From Vairimorpha necatrix (lineage: Eukaryota), in the NCBI GenBank assembly GCA_036630325.1, contig CP142734.1, positions 496,001 through 560,000 on the forward strand: a stretch of 64,000 bases of DNA, written 5' to 3'. Of this stretch, positions 13,616-26,251 are shown piece by piece (positions within the stretch are counted from its first letter, which is position 1; each line of letters starts with the position of its first letter). The notes under the pieces are model-generated. The model saw nothing but the letters and a program-made list of their open reading frames with translations. It had not been told where the DNA came from and ran no database searches. A program made the position numbers and the translations under genes.

Positions 13616-14170
13616 ATGCAAAATTTATACATATTTAGAATATTACTCGAGAATATTAATGCTACTAATTCGATTAAAAACGACTTGTATAATGAAGGTG
13701 TTACTAAAGAATATTATAAATTAAAAATACACGACGAAATTAATTCGGAACTCGAATCCTACAATAATTTGAAAAAATACAAAAAGAGATATAAAAATTT
13801 TAGTATTGAAGAGGAAGTTATTGAATACAAGGAAAGACTAAAGATAATACTGAAAGTTTGTAATAAACTTTGTTTTGATGTCAGTAATTTATACAATAAT
13901 CATCTCAATAAACAAAAAACTGATATGTTTGTTATAAAATGCATCAAAACAATACTTTCAATCTTTATACATCCTATAATTTCACCGACATGTGTTAACA
14001 AAATAATTGATTATTTGGTTTATACTAGCCTTTTTAGATGTTATATAATGATTGATGATTATAACGAAGAAAATAGAATACTTTTATATGATATTTATAT
14101 AAAGATTAAAAATGAAATGAATTTTGTCAAGGAAAATCAAAAAATATTGAGAAGAAAAAAATCAAAATAA
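13616..14170 (+). CDS. Lineage-specific hypothetical protein, paralog of 8718-9260
   Basis: CCCC-ATG, 184-aa ORF, clear colinear similarity to the 8718 ORF, basic C-terminus RRKKSK. Confidence 0.85.
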   Translation: MQNLYIFRILLENINATNSIKNDLYNEGVTKEYYKLKIHDEINSELESYNNLKKYKKRYKNFSIEEEVIEYKERLKIILKVCNKLCFDVSNLYNNHLNKQKTDMFVIKCIKTILSIFIHPIISPTCVNKIIDYLVYTSLFRCYIMIDDYNEENRILLYDIYIKIKNEMNFVKENQKILRRKKSK

Positions 14171-14174
14171 TTCT

Positions 14175-14500
14175 TTCGTTTTTATTAGATAAATACTAAA
14201 ATTTTTATTTATCTAATTGATAAGATCAAATTTCTATTTAATTGTTATTCAAAATAAATTGTTTATTTTATTAGATAATTACTAAAACCGTTATTTAAGT
14301 TAGAAATAAAATCAAATATCTATTTCATTGTTAGTCGAAATAAATCGTTTATTAACTATAATTACTGTTACCTTTTGTTTAGTTAGAAATAAAATCAAAT
14401 ATCTATTTCATTGTTATTCAAAATAAATTGTTTATTAACTTAGAAAATTACTAAAACCTTTTATTTAGCTAATTAATAAGATCATATATCTATTTGATCA
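14175..14500. repeat. Degenerate AT-rich tandem repeat
   Basis: Recurring blocks TTAGAAATAAAATCAAATATCTATTTCATTGTT and TTATTCAAAATAAATTGTTTATT. Confidence 0.6.
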
Positions 14501-16299
14501 TTCTGTTTACCGATAAAATATAATTGTATTATACATAAAAGGTTGTGTTTTCTATTCAAACATATAATCAATTTTAAATACCACTTATCTGATCAAATAT
14601 ATTTTTTTATATATTTGTATAAACCGAAAGGTTAATTCTAATGTACATGATCATTACAAAGAAATATTAGTTGCCACAAATGATGTTTTTATACTGTAAA
14701 CGATATTTTCTAATAATGCTGCAAAATAGGTTCATATTCGTAGAAAAATTACATACCATATAGTATATCAAAAGTAAAATTGTTATGAATCACTACTTTA
14801 TTCTTATGATAAACACTAATTTATAACCTAAAGAAGACCAATTTATCAAAGAAATACGACCAATTTAAATGTCTAAAATTTATTAAAGTTCTAAATGAAA
14901 TTTGAACATTTTGTCTACTAAAAATACTAAGGAAACATTTAATAATATCTATATATAAAATACTGTAAAATTAGATAATTGCAAACATTTCTGTTTGAAT
15001 ATTATGCATATTTTTTTACGTTTGATGGTTTTTTTTTTCTAGTACTATATTTTTGAAGTAAAATAAACATCATTATAAATGCACCAAGATCATAAATTTA
15101 TAGTGCTTATGAATATTTCCATTTTTTTAGTTTTTTAAATATATATTTTGTTGATACTTAAATTTACAATAAACATGATTTATTTCTAATTTCAAAATTA
15201 TAAAGAATTTTAAAATTTTTTTGTTGTATTTATACAAAAATTGCGCTTAAAAGTTATTATTAATCTTTTTAGTATTTTTTTATCTTAAAAATTTCAAGTT
15301 TTACTTTTGATTTTAGTATCCTGAAAAGTCGAAAGAGAGTTTTATGTAGGAATATTTTTGATAGATTAATCATTCTATATTTGCCAAAAACAGGTTATGT
15401 CATTTCAAACAGCAGATATTACGAACGAAGCTGTCAAAACATAACAAAATAATTATCATTTGAATATTAAACATATTATTTTATGATATTAAGAGTAGTA
15501 TAAATGTCGTCAAATAATATCATCATATATATAATATTTATATAAATTCTAATAATCTGTTATAAGCCAAAATACGATAATTATTCTAAAATAAATACTG
15601 CCTCATGTACTTAGTTTATACATCATGTTTCTTATGCTCCAATCAGAAAGAAACTGCTTTAAGGTCAAAATCTTGGCGCATTTTTTGATCAATTATATTT
15701 TTTATAGCGCTTTATTACATTGCCTAATTATATGATAGTTAAGCTGCGATCAAAGTATAAAAATGTCTTTTTTTAAGTGCTTAAAGATATTTATAAAAAT
15801 TTTTTATTTGATGTCATACCCCTTACAACTGTCTACATAATTTAATATAGAAATATTTTTTTACACAGTAAATTATAACGCAAAAAAACGTAGACCTGAA
15901 GATAGCTGGCATCTTCATATTATTCCATAAGCTCTTGTCTTCACACGACCAAAGATACATTTCGCCGAAATTTAAAATAGGCACAGTAAAAATGTCTTTT
16001 TAGGTTGCAGAAAATGAGGATTATAGCATTTATTTATAGTCGAGAGCATATTTTTTTGTCTTCGTGTAATATTACGGGAATGACAATTGGGAATTGCCAT
16101 ATTGTATTTTAAGTTGATGTACTGGTTAATTTACAAAATGCACGCTGTAAAATACACCCCTAGATATTTATGTCATCTTCATCGCATGTATTGTAAATAT
16201 TTAATTGAGATTTGCATTCATTTTAAAAAAAATGAGCTTACTATTATGGTTTCCCTTTTTCAATATAAACATCGTTTTTTATATTTTGATCATACAGAT

Positions 16300-19100
16300 T
16301 TTGCCTCCCTTTTTATTATATACGAATATTAGAAACAAGCCTTCTTTTTAATTTATTCTCATCCTGCGTATATTTCGGCCATTTGTTGGCATCAACTTTT
16401 CACTTGTACTCATGAGATCAAGAATGATTTAAGCTCGTAAATTTTTCTAAATCTCTAACTCGCTTCACAGCACAATTCTTGTTTCATATTTCCCCAGATT
16501 AGATTATATTCCATCCATAACTTTAATATTTCTTGATGATAGGTGATATTCTAGTTCTTTAGAATGTTTATACATTTAGAGATCAGTAGGTAAGAATTAA
16601 CTGTATCTTAGTCGATGATTTACCACCAAAACATTCTTAAGTTTCTTGTAAAGAAGAGATGTTAGATACATAATTGTTTTTTACAATTTAAGTAAGAGTT
16701 TACTTGATTATAAGTGCAGATATGATGACTTGTTTCTTTTTTTAGTCTTAATAATAAGAGATTTAGATTTATCAGGCGAAACTGGCCTTATTTTTGATAT
16801 AAAGAACCCCTTTCTCCGTATAAATTTACCTTGAGGTTCAAACTTGTAATATAAATCTTTTCCAGTGAAGTATGGCCGTCTTTTTTTATTATCATTAAGA
16901 GTTTTATGTCAGTAAGGGCCTATTGGTTTGCTGATTGTGCTATCTACTACAGAATTGTGCTTTTTCTTATTTAGAAATATGCCCTCCTAAACTGATTGAA
17001 ATGAGGCTAACCCGAGATATCAAGCAGTACAATAAAATATCTCATGAAAATTGTGACACAATATCTTCATATTTATGTATCTTAGTATAAAGAGATCTAT
17101 AAGAAATCTGTCTATTTTGTGTCTTAGTCGAGGATGCTTGGTAAGTTGGTTAGTCTTGAGATATTTCGGCCCCTTAGCAAGATCTACTTGTATTGAATAA
17201 AGCTTACTCTCTAGTGTAACTTATTATCTTAGCACTATATCCCCAGAGAGCAGATATCTTTCTCTAATTTTATACTTGGTAGAACATTGTTCTCGCTACT
17301 ATTGGTCTTGTTTTAATATATACTAGTTTCTATATTAGAGATAGCCCGACAGGGGAATGTTAGCATCTCAATGGACATAACTTTATCTGGGCAAATTATC
17401 TTAGTCCCGTGGCTTTCCTTAGATTTAATTTAAGACAGGAGTAATCTGTTTGGACAATGTATTCTACTCAATTTGATTTAATCTTATCTTCTCAGAAATA
17501 CATCAAACTGCTGTATGGCATACCAGCGGATTCGCAGTGCTAAAAGACGCCGTTACTTGTAGAAATATTTCATAAGTCAACTATTTGCTCATGTGTCATT
17601 TATTTATCTCAAGAAGTTTTTTATAAATTATCTTGTTTACAATATTGTATTAAGTCATATCATGGCTCTAGAAGATACTCGCTTTATAGAACTCTTTACA
17701 GATGATCTCCTTCCATCGTGTATTTGTCGATTTTAGGCAGAATTGAGTCTGTATTCTCTGTCATAGCATTCCACTTTATTCAAAAAAAAAAGAACTTCTT
17801 GATTTGGTGCAAGGGATGATCTTCTTCCTCTTAAGTTTTAGAGTTCTTTAAAAACAAATTTACAATATAAATTCGAGATTTTACAATAGAAATTCGAGAT
17901 ATTTACAATATAAATTTGAGATATCTATTATGTTTGAATTAAAAGAGTAATTAAATTTATATTTCACAATGTAGTCGATTAAAAGTTGGACATCTAAGGC
18001 AATCTTATCTTTATCATTGAGTTGGATGAGACTTTTCGCATGGCTTCCGCTTAATTGTCTGTAGATAATTCGTCATCACATTAAAGTCTCAACTTATCTA
18101 CACGTCCTCCATTTCGATGTGTTCTCCTGAAATAAAACAATTTTATCTTAGTTTCTCCTCTACATTCAATTTAGACTTTACAATTGAACGCTTGTTTGTG
18201 CAACTCGAATAAGACTATGAAGTGCCAAGAGACAGTCATATTGCCGTAGGAGTGCGGGGAAACTTCGCGGCGCTGTAAAAACCAAACTCAATTTATATCT
18301 CGCATGTTATTTCTTAACATTAGCCAAGCAACATGATCTATATAACCATCTGTAGTGAATTAACTATAGGAACTAGTTGTCATCCAGTTTAAAATCAAAT
18401 GCCCAATATTTTTCGTGGGGGTTTCTTTATCAGTAATTTGCTAGAATCAAGGCGCAAAGATCTTTTGGCGATTGAAGCCTTTATAATGACAAATTCATCA
18501 CATGTTGACTTTCTGTGTCTTCTATATAATTGAGAAATTATTGGTACTATCATAGCCAATGTTACAATATCAAATTGGTTTAGATTTATATGTGCGTGTA
18601 CTTGCTTTGAGATATTACGCTATTTTATTAATATACAAGTTTATTTAGCTTATGGTGCTGCGCAGTTACAAAGATATTTTTTAGGGTGGATTTATAGACA
18701 AATCGTTTAAATTTCAGAGCTCATTATATAAAACAAATCTCGTTCATCTAGTCTTGTTATATTTCAGACAGGATTTGAAGTCATAAGTTAAGATTATTTA
18801 TTGCTAATCATTGTCTTAACTGATTTTATCAATATCATGAAATAGACCATAGTTTGAAATAAACCACAGAATTTTATTTAACGAATTTAGCTGGAGGCTT
18901 ATCTGGATCAAGAATAAATTTTTAGATTTCCTAACGCCAAGGACGAGCAGAGGTGGATTTTTATACTTTAAAGCGTTTAAAAATATTGAACTGACTCTAG
19001 ATATTGTGAAGTCGAAGTTAGAGAATTTAGCGATCATAGATCGACTTATGCTAAGAAATTTTTGATAAAGGAAATCATTTATTTTTTTCTTAAGTTTATA
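16300..19100 (-). pseudogene. Possible highly decayed non-LTR retrotransposon (RT region)
   Basis: Less AT-rich, stop-riddled region. Minus-strand fragments LLRQYDCLLAL (cf. GLRQGDxLSP) and SKLYSIQVDLAKG (cf. RLYLPRxxxGRG) occur in the expected order. Boundaries are uncertain. Confidence 0.35.
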
Positions 19101-20598
19101 GCTGATTTTGATTATCTAGTTTCAACTAGATATATATTGCAAATACAATACATATTCCTATAAAACAGCATTTTGTAAGGTATAAGTGCACATGATTTTA
19201 TTCTTGCAAGAAAATATAGCAACTCCTCTCTTTGCAATATCATTGACATCTATAGCATAGAAATATACAGTAAAATTGCGTCTTATTGGAAGACCAATAT
19301 GATCTTTTTTACGAATTATAAGTATGATTGCGCATATATACCTGTTCATATTCATTTGCGACCATGTCATGTATTTAGCGATTTATTTGTTCGGGCGTTT
19401 TTTGACGTAATAGACTTTAAGACCAGTTAAGACATTAACTGGTCTTTATGTATCATAAGAAAAGTAAAAGTGGGGAAAATCAACGACGAAAATTAGGATA
19501 TAACATAATCTGATACTAGTACTCCTTCCCGCGAATCTCAATTTGTGCATATGAATGGGCTTAGCGCCCGTCTCTATCGTAAAAACTATCAACTACTAAG
19601 AAGGGAGGTAGTAGATTCCTTAGATTGAAAGTCTACCTACACAAGGCTGGTCATTGCCATAAAATTTAAAAAATCTTTAAACATATGTAGAAAACTTTGA
19701 CATTGCTTTCGCCTTGATACTTTACTAGTAGTATTTTCGGCCAATGTAATAATATTCATTAAATCTTGTACTGTTGAATTCAAAATTATTTCACCAAATG
19801 CACTGTTTCCCAATCAATAGTCTATAATTTTAAAACCTTTAAATTGATTACAATTAATATTATCAAAATTTCGGGCTTTTTCATATCGACGCAGATGTAT
19901 AAAATGGCGGCGAATAACTAACATGGATGTATTCTATGTCATATTGATAAGTTATTTTATAGTCAACCCGATTTGAATATTTAATAAGTCAAATTGAGTG
20001 TTATAATTTATATATAAACTAGTTCTATTGCATACTAAATTATTTAAGTTGTGAATTAAATCATTTAAAAAACATTACTAAATTCTTTTCGTCTATGGTT
20101 GATATTCTTGTTTTTTTTACGTAGTAAAATTAATATCTTTGGAATTGACGAGAGTATAAGACAGATATCTAATTATACTGTTTTTTTTTCATATTTTTTT
20201 AAGTTTTGATAATGACCTATTTTTTAGTAAATAGATATATGACAAAAGTTAATATTTTTTTATTTATATAAAAAATCTGATACTCTATATTCGCAATTTA
20301 CATATGCATTCATACTATTCTATATTACATTTCCTACGATATGCTATGATAAATATTTTAATAATAATACAATAAACATTGGTTCAATATAAATTGATTT
20401 TTAAATTAATAAAGAATGTTTATATTAGTAGATATTATAAATTATTTCTGTGCTACTATAATTATATTAGATTCTTTATGTTTAGTAATTTAGGCTAAAT
20501 ACTTTGTTTAGCTCTATAAAAAAAGTTTATCTATCTACTATTATGATTAAACACCTGAATATAATTTTTTATGTACTTGTATAATTTATTTTTTTTTC

Positions 20599-21060
20599 AT
20601 GATGTTTAATTTCGCAACATTAAATACTAAAAATTTCGCAATCTGACATTCGATTTAATTGTCAACAATTAAACATCGACATTCAAAAATCAAGTTACTA
20701 AAGAAGAAATAGCTCATTTTAAAATTCAGAAGAGCTTGTCAAATGTATCCCGATAAATCGACAATGATCGACGATACAAGCATTTGATGAGTTGAGTTCC
20801 CTTGCCGTATGGGATTTTTTTTTAATATTTTTGTTTGTGTCAAAAAATTTTTAAACACACTTCTTGGATTTACCCATTATGATAAAAAAATTTACGATCT
20901 GTTTTTCCGAACTGTAAAAGAGAATTTACTAAGAGTAGGATATTAAGTGAAACTTGAGTCTCCCGTTGATAGTATTTTTTCTAGATAGATCTGATATAGC
21001 TTATGGTGCATTGAAATCGAACGATAAGTCATATAGAAATAGTAATTAAAAAGATACGAG
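20599..21060 (+). pseudogene. Decayed tandem duplicate of HAM1/ITPase
   Basis: GCTTGTCAAATGTATCCCGATAAATCGACAATGATCGACGATACAAG aligns to GCTTGTCAAATATATCCCGATAAATGGATAATGGTCGACGATACAAG in the intact gene. Colinear, with many indels. Confidence 0.8.
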
Positions 21061-21831
21061 AATAAAATAAATCACAAAATATGGATAAATGAAAATTTTA
21101 TATTAGATTAAATATTGTTATTTTTCCTCCATATAGATTTTTTATATAAATTTCTAATTCGCATATTATCATAGTAGCTATACGGCGAAATACCGATTAT
21201 GTTGAATGATAAGTTTGACAACCAATAGTAAGAAATTACACCTTGTTCTCATTATATGTATAATATATGTGATTAGATCATTCACTTAACTCAAAGTAAT
21301 AAAGACTTACAATCTCTCTTCAATTTTCACTTTATCCGTATTTTATACATCTCGTAAATTATGTTATAAACATTCTCTAGTTTTTATTATATTCTCAAAC
21401 AATCATCATCTTTTTGTTGGTGTTATTACACAACCTATAAAAATAATCTTGGTTTTGATTTTATTATCAAGTCAGAGTATCTAAAGATCACAATATCATG
21501 ATATTTAACATGTATGAGATACTTATTTATAAAAATAAGCTAGTGCGACAAATTTATTTTAAATAAATATGGACCACTTATTTATACACGTAATCTTGTG
21601 CAACAAGATATAAAAGTAGTTATATCTTCCTTTTTTGACTTTATAATATCATACAAATACATTTTACACGTGTTACTATGACATATAAAAAACAAATTTT
21701 TATTTTTTTTTTAATAATAATCAAACATGTCTAAAAATATAATAAAGTATCAAATAACAAGTATTTTCATTCAGTAATATTTTTTTTTAATATAATATTA
21801 TTTTTTTATAACTCGTTATCTTTATTACCCC

Positions 21832-22377
21832 ATGCTGATATATTTTGTCACTTCAAGTTTCTTAAAATTCAAAGAAGTAGTCGACAATTACAACTTAAAC
21901 TTCTCTCAATTAAACATTCCTCTTACAGAAATCCAAGGTACTCAAGACCAAATAGCTCTCCATAAACTTAAAACTGCTTGTCAAATATATCCCGATAAAT
22001 GGATAATGGTCGACGATACAAGTATAGAAATAATAGCTTTAAACGGGTTCCCTGGTCCGTATGGTAAAGATTTTTTAAGTATTGGTATTGATTGTATAGA
22101 AAATTTAGTATCAAAAATAGGTAGAGATACAAAATTAAGTTGTGTTATAGGATTAGGTAATGAAAAGTTAAAAATTTTTAAATTGTTTAATGGAAATTTA
22201 AAAGGGAAAATTGTTAAAAGAGAAAAAAATGAATATTGTGAGTTTGATGGGTTTTTTGTACCTGATGGGTTTGATATTCCGTATAGTGATTTATCAAATG
22301 ATGTGAAGAGATTGATTAGTCATAGAGGAATGGCTATGAGGAAAATGGAGATGTATATTAAAGAGAAAGAATTTTAA
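21832..22377 (+). CDS. HAM1: Inosine triphosphate pyrophosphatase (Ham1/ITPase)
   Basis: FVTSS..K, EIQG, VDDTS, LNGFPGPYGK and SHRG motifs. CCCC-ATG. Confidence 0.95.
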   Translation: MLIYFVTSSFLKFKEVVDNYNLNFSQLNIPLTEIQGTQDQIALHKLKTACQIYPDKWIMVDDTSIEIIALNGFPGPYGKDFLSIGIDCIENLVSKIGRDTKLSCVIGLGNEKLKIFKLFNGNLKGKIVKREKNEYCEFDGFFVPDGFDIPYSDLSNDVKRLISHRGMAMRKMEMYIKEKEF

Positions 22378-22928
22378 TTTATCAATTCAATAAAATATGT
22401 CTTTGATTAAATGTGTAATATTCATAGATAAGAAAAGTAAATTTCTCGTGTACGAAGACTATAAATAAATGTAGAGTATTTTATAAGTCTGACTGTTCTT
22501 ATATTTATAAGAAAATGTTCTGAGTTTTTATACTCAGTTTACTATTTCTTTTGTAATTATAGTACATATTTTTAAAACATTACTGTAAAATGTCAGAAGA
22601 TTAATGATCTCAAGTATAAACTCTAGACCACCCGATCTTCTATGGATTTCTCTTTCTGGAATCCACACCATAAATATTTATGATATTACTTAAGAAAGAT
22701 GGGGGTAAAAAAAAGGGAAATATTTATACTATAAAATTTTTATAATATTTGTAATATTTATAATATATTTGTATCTATAATATTTATGCTATAATTATTT
22801 ACAGATGTATTGTACAAAATTATAAATCTTGACATATCAAATAAAATTATAAATCTTGACATGTCAAATATTTACTTACAGCAAATATTATAAATATTTT
22901 TTTAAAATTCATGTTTATTTTTTTTTCC

Positions 22929-25121
22929 TCATATTTTAGTAAATCCCTTCTTTATTTCTTGTACTACTTCACTATTAACACAAGTACTTAAATCTTCACT
23001 CACTTTCCCCAATATTATATCTCTCAATACTCTTCTCATTATCTTCCCAGTAGCAGTCTTCGGTAAACTTCTACATATATAAATATTCTTAGGATGTACT
23101 AATCTCCCTATTTTATTCCTTAGAGTATTCCTTACAGATTTAGTGACTATTTCTTCTTCTACTTCTCTTTTTAGTACTATGAAGATATTTATAGCCTGCC
23201 CTGTGATCTCGTCATCTACAGAGACGACAGCAGATTCGGCGACATGTTTGTCGCCGCATACAGCGCTTTCTAATTCTGCAGTACTTAGACGATGCCCTGA
23301 TACATTTATGACGTCATCTGCTCTACCTCTGATCCAAATGAGACCATCTGAATCTTTATAACCTTCATCACCTGTGAAATAACAGTCTTTATAACAGAAG
23401 TATGAGTTTAAGTATCTTTTTCTATCATTTAAGACACCTCTTGAGATACCAGGCCAAGATTTCTTAATTACCACATGACCCAATTCAAATGGATCTGTTT
23501 CCACTAAATCAACATGATCTATTTCAATTGTATTAGATCTACTAGTAGTAGTATCATAATTATTAATATTTGCAGTATCTACCAAACTATTACTAACATT
23601 ATCTTGAACACCAACATAGATATGTCTATCTATGTTGGTGTTATTGGGCTTTATTATTGATACTTCTATCCCATAAAATGGTAAAGATGCACACTCTGGT
23701 TGCCCTATCACTGTATTAGGCAAGGGTGCTATCATTATCCCTCCTGTCTCAGTCTGCCAATATGTATCAACAATATGTAAATTATTAAATGCCTCTGTAA
23801 ACCATTTATAAGCTTCTTTATTTATTGGCTCCCCTACTGATCCCAGTAGTCTTAAACTTGATAAATCATATTTCTTCTCCATTTTATTAGTACTAAAGTA
23901 CTTCTGTAATGTCCTTACTACTGTAGGGGCAGTATAAAGTTGAGTAATTTTTAATTTATCTACTAGTAGAAAGAGACGGTAATAATCAGGGTATACTGGT
24001 GTACCACCAAATAAGACAGTAGTAATACCATTTAGTAGTGGACCATAGAATGAGTAAGTGTGTCCTGTAATCCAGCCTATATCTGCAGTACATGCGAAGA
24101 TGTCATTTTCTTTTAAGTTGAAACATTCTCTAGTAGTTAAGGCTGCGTAGACTAGAAATCCGCCTGTTGTGTGGATCATCCCTTTTGGTTTACCAGTGGA
24201 TCCACTTGTGTACAAGTAGAAGAGAATGTCTTCTGAGTCGACACTCACAGGATCTACAAATTTAGAAGGTAAGTTCTTTACATCTGACCAATAGATGACA
24301 TTTACACCAATATCCACTAAATTTACAATATTATCTTTAGTATTTTCAAAATCGAATATAAGAATGTCTTTTACTTTACTATCAAAATTAGTATATACTG
24401 TATTATCTACTTTATTATCTATTGTATTATCAATATTAGTAGATACTGTATAATCTAATGTATTATTATCAATTTTAGTAGATACTGTATAATCTAATGT
24501 ATTATTATCAATTTTAGTATTGTTTATGAGACTTTCTTGTACTACTCTTTGGAAATTTATCTCGGTTTTTCCTCGCTTAATGACGTCACATGTTATTACA
24601 TATTTACTCTTAGAATCTTCTATCCTCACTCTCAAACTTCTACTACTAAACCCTCCAAACACTACATTGTGTACAATCCCAAGTCGAGTACAAGCCAGTG
24701 CACTGAACACTGCCTCAGGACACATAGGCATATAAATAGTGACACAGTCTCCTTTATTTAATTTATCTTTTAGTACACTAGATATCTTACATATAATATC
24801 TAGTGACTGTTTATAAGTATACTCTGTGATCTGGTTATCATTATCAGTGTAGATTATGGCTACTTTATTGGGATATTTAGAGACATGTCTGTCTATACAA
24901 TTGTAACAAGCATTAAGTTTCCCATTAGTGAACCATTTAGAATTAGAGAAGTCATTATTGAAGACTTCAGAGAAATCTTTAGACCAGGAGATGAGTTTAG
25001 CCTTTTCTGACCAGTACTGTGAATTATGACTTATAGATTTCTTATATTCTTTTTCATAAATATATGTATTCATGGATGTATTATCATTTATGGATGTATT
25101 CATGGATTTATCTGTATTCAT
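22929..25121 (-). CDS. ACS: Acetyl-CoA synthetase (AMP-forming)
   Basis: YTSGSTGKPKG, ADIGWITGH, DTYWQTETGG, GRADDVINVSGHRL and LPKTATGKIMRR motifs. Confidence 0.97.
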   Translation of the reverse strand: MNTDKSMNTSINDNTSMNTYIYEKEYKKSISHNSQYWSEKAKLISWSKDFSEVFNNDFSNSKWFTNGKLNACYNCIDRHVSKYPNKVAIIYTDNDNQITEYTYKQSLDIICKISSVLKDKLNKGDCVTIYMPMCPEAVFSALACTRLGIVHNVVFGGFSSRSLRVRIEDSKSKYVITCDVIKRGKTEINFQRVVQESLINNTKIDNNTLDYTVSTKIDNNTLDYTVSTNIDNTIDNKVDNTVYTNFDSKVKDILIFDFENTKDNIVNLVDIGVNVIYWSDVKNLPSKFVDPVSVDSEDILFYLYTSGSTGKPKGMIHTTGGFLVYAALTTRECFNLKENDIFACTADIGWITGHTYSFYGPLLNGITTVLFGGTPVYPDYYRLFLLVDKLKITQLYTAPTVVRTLQKYFSTNKMEKKYDLSSLRLLGSVGEPINKEAYKWFTEAFNNLHIVDTYWQTETGGIMIAPLPNTVIGQPECASLPFYGIEVSIIKPNNTNIDRHIYVGVQDNVSNSLVDTANINNYDTTTSRSNTIEIDHVDLVETDPFELGHVVIKKSWPGISRGVLNDRKRYLNSYFCYKDCYFTGDEGYKDSDGLIWIRGRADDVINVSGHRLSTAELESAVCGDKHVAESAVVSVDDEITGQAINIFIVLKREVEEEIVTKSVRNTLRNKIGRLVHPKNIYICRSLPKTATGKIMRRVLRDIILGKVSEDLSTCVNSEVVQEIKKGFTKI

Positions 25122-25584
25122 TATTAAGGGGAAATATTAATTTATTTATATTTACACTAACCAATCATATAATAATAAATAATAAATAAAAATATTATAG
25201 ATATATTTTAGATATTATAGTATGTCTTTTGATAAATTAATTTCCCTGAATTTTTAATTGACAAATGAAATTTGATCAAAAAGAGAAGTTTGATGTCTCT
25301 CTAGATCTTAGACATGATTTGTCTAAGAGAAATGATTTGTCTAGATCTAGAGAGACATGATTTGTCTAGTTAGATCATGATTTGGTTACCAGAAGGAGAG
25401 TTAGTCAAATTCAAGATGAACTATGTTCAATTAATTATTTCATTATTCATGCTATTTTTAAAAATGAAAAATATTTAAATAAAAATGCATAAATGCATAA
25501 ATAAAATATATCTTAATATTATAAAATATATAATATATAATATATCTTTTATACTATAATGATAAGTTTCTTACCCTTAGTTTT

Positions 25585-25896
25585 ATGTTCAAAATTGAGT
25601 ATCTTCCTGGCGCCTCTAAGATTCAGAATATTAATGGTATTTATAAATGTTTTGCTTATGAAGATGGGTTTATAGACCCAAATAAGGGCGGCCTGATCAG
25701 CGTGGGCTTCAAGATGCAAGTCACTAAGGAGTATTTTATTTATGTGTTCAGTACTAAATATCATGGCCTAGGGGGAGTGGGGGACTCAGACTACAGGGGA
25801 ATATTCAATATAATAGTATTTAATAATACAGAAGAAGTAATAAAGTATAAGAAAGGGGAGTATGTAGGGAATATATCAATTATAAGAATAAACTAA
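25585..25896 (+). CDS. Short, degenerate dUTPase-like protein
   Basis: Motif III-like GGVGDSDYRG and KKGEYVGNI (cf. GDRIAQL). CCC upstream of the ATG. Motifs I, II and V not recognisable. Confidence 0.75.
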   Translation: MFKIEYLPGASKIQNINGIYKCFAYEDGFIDPNKGGLISVGFKMQVTKEYFIYVFSTKYHGLGGVGDSDYRGIFNIIVFNNTEEVIKYKKGEYVGNISIIRIN

Positions 25897-26050
25897 ATAA
25901 TTAAATATTAATAATGTATTTAATGTATTTGATAATATTGTATTATTATATAATGTATTATGTAAGTATATTATAATAAATCTAATAAATCTTATAAATC
26001 TAATAAATCTTATTTAATTATTAGATTTATTTGTTTATCTTTGTTATCCC

Positions 26051-26227
26051 ATGACGAGTACTCAAACTCAGACACTCAAGTCTCTCGCTCTAGTAAAAAG
26101 AAAGAGTGTCTCCTTCTCTCAAGACACAGTGGACAATGAGCACATGAATAAGAAGAAGAGTAAGATATGCTGCATATTCCACATGAAGAATGAGAAGAAA
26201 GATAAGAATAAATATGAGAGATATTAA
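26051..26227 (+). CDS. YPI1: Protein phosphatase 1 inhibitor Ypi1 / Inhibitor-3 (PPP1R11), 58 aa, absent from the ORF track
   Basis: [50 protein letters not shown] contains an RVxF-type motif (KSVSF) and the VDNEHM.KKKSK.CCI signature. Confidence 0.92.
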   Translation: MTSTQTQTLKSLALVKRKSVSFSQDTVDNEHMNKKKSKICCIFHMKNEKKDKNKYERY

Positions 26228-26251
26228 AATTTACCCTTCATTTTCCAGATT

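Noticed and set aside
17859-17923. Three copies of a ~22-bp repeat
   Set aside because: Simple slippage repeat with no associated structure
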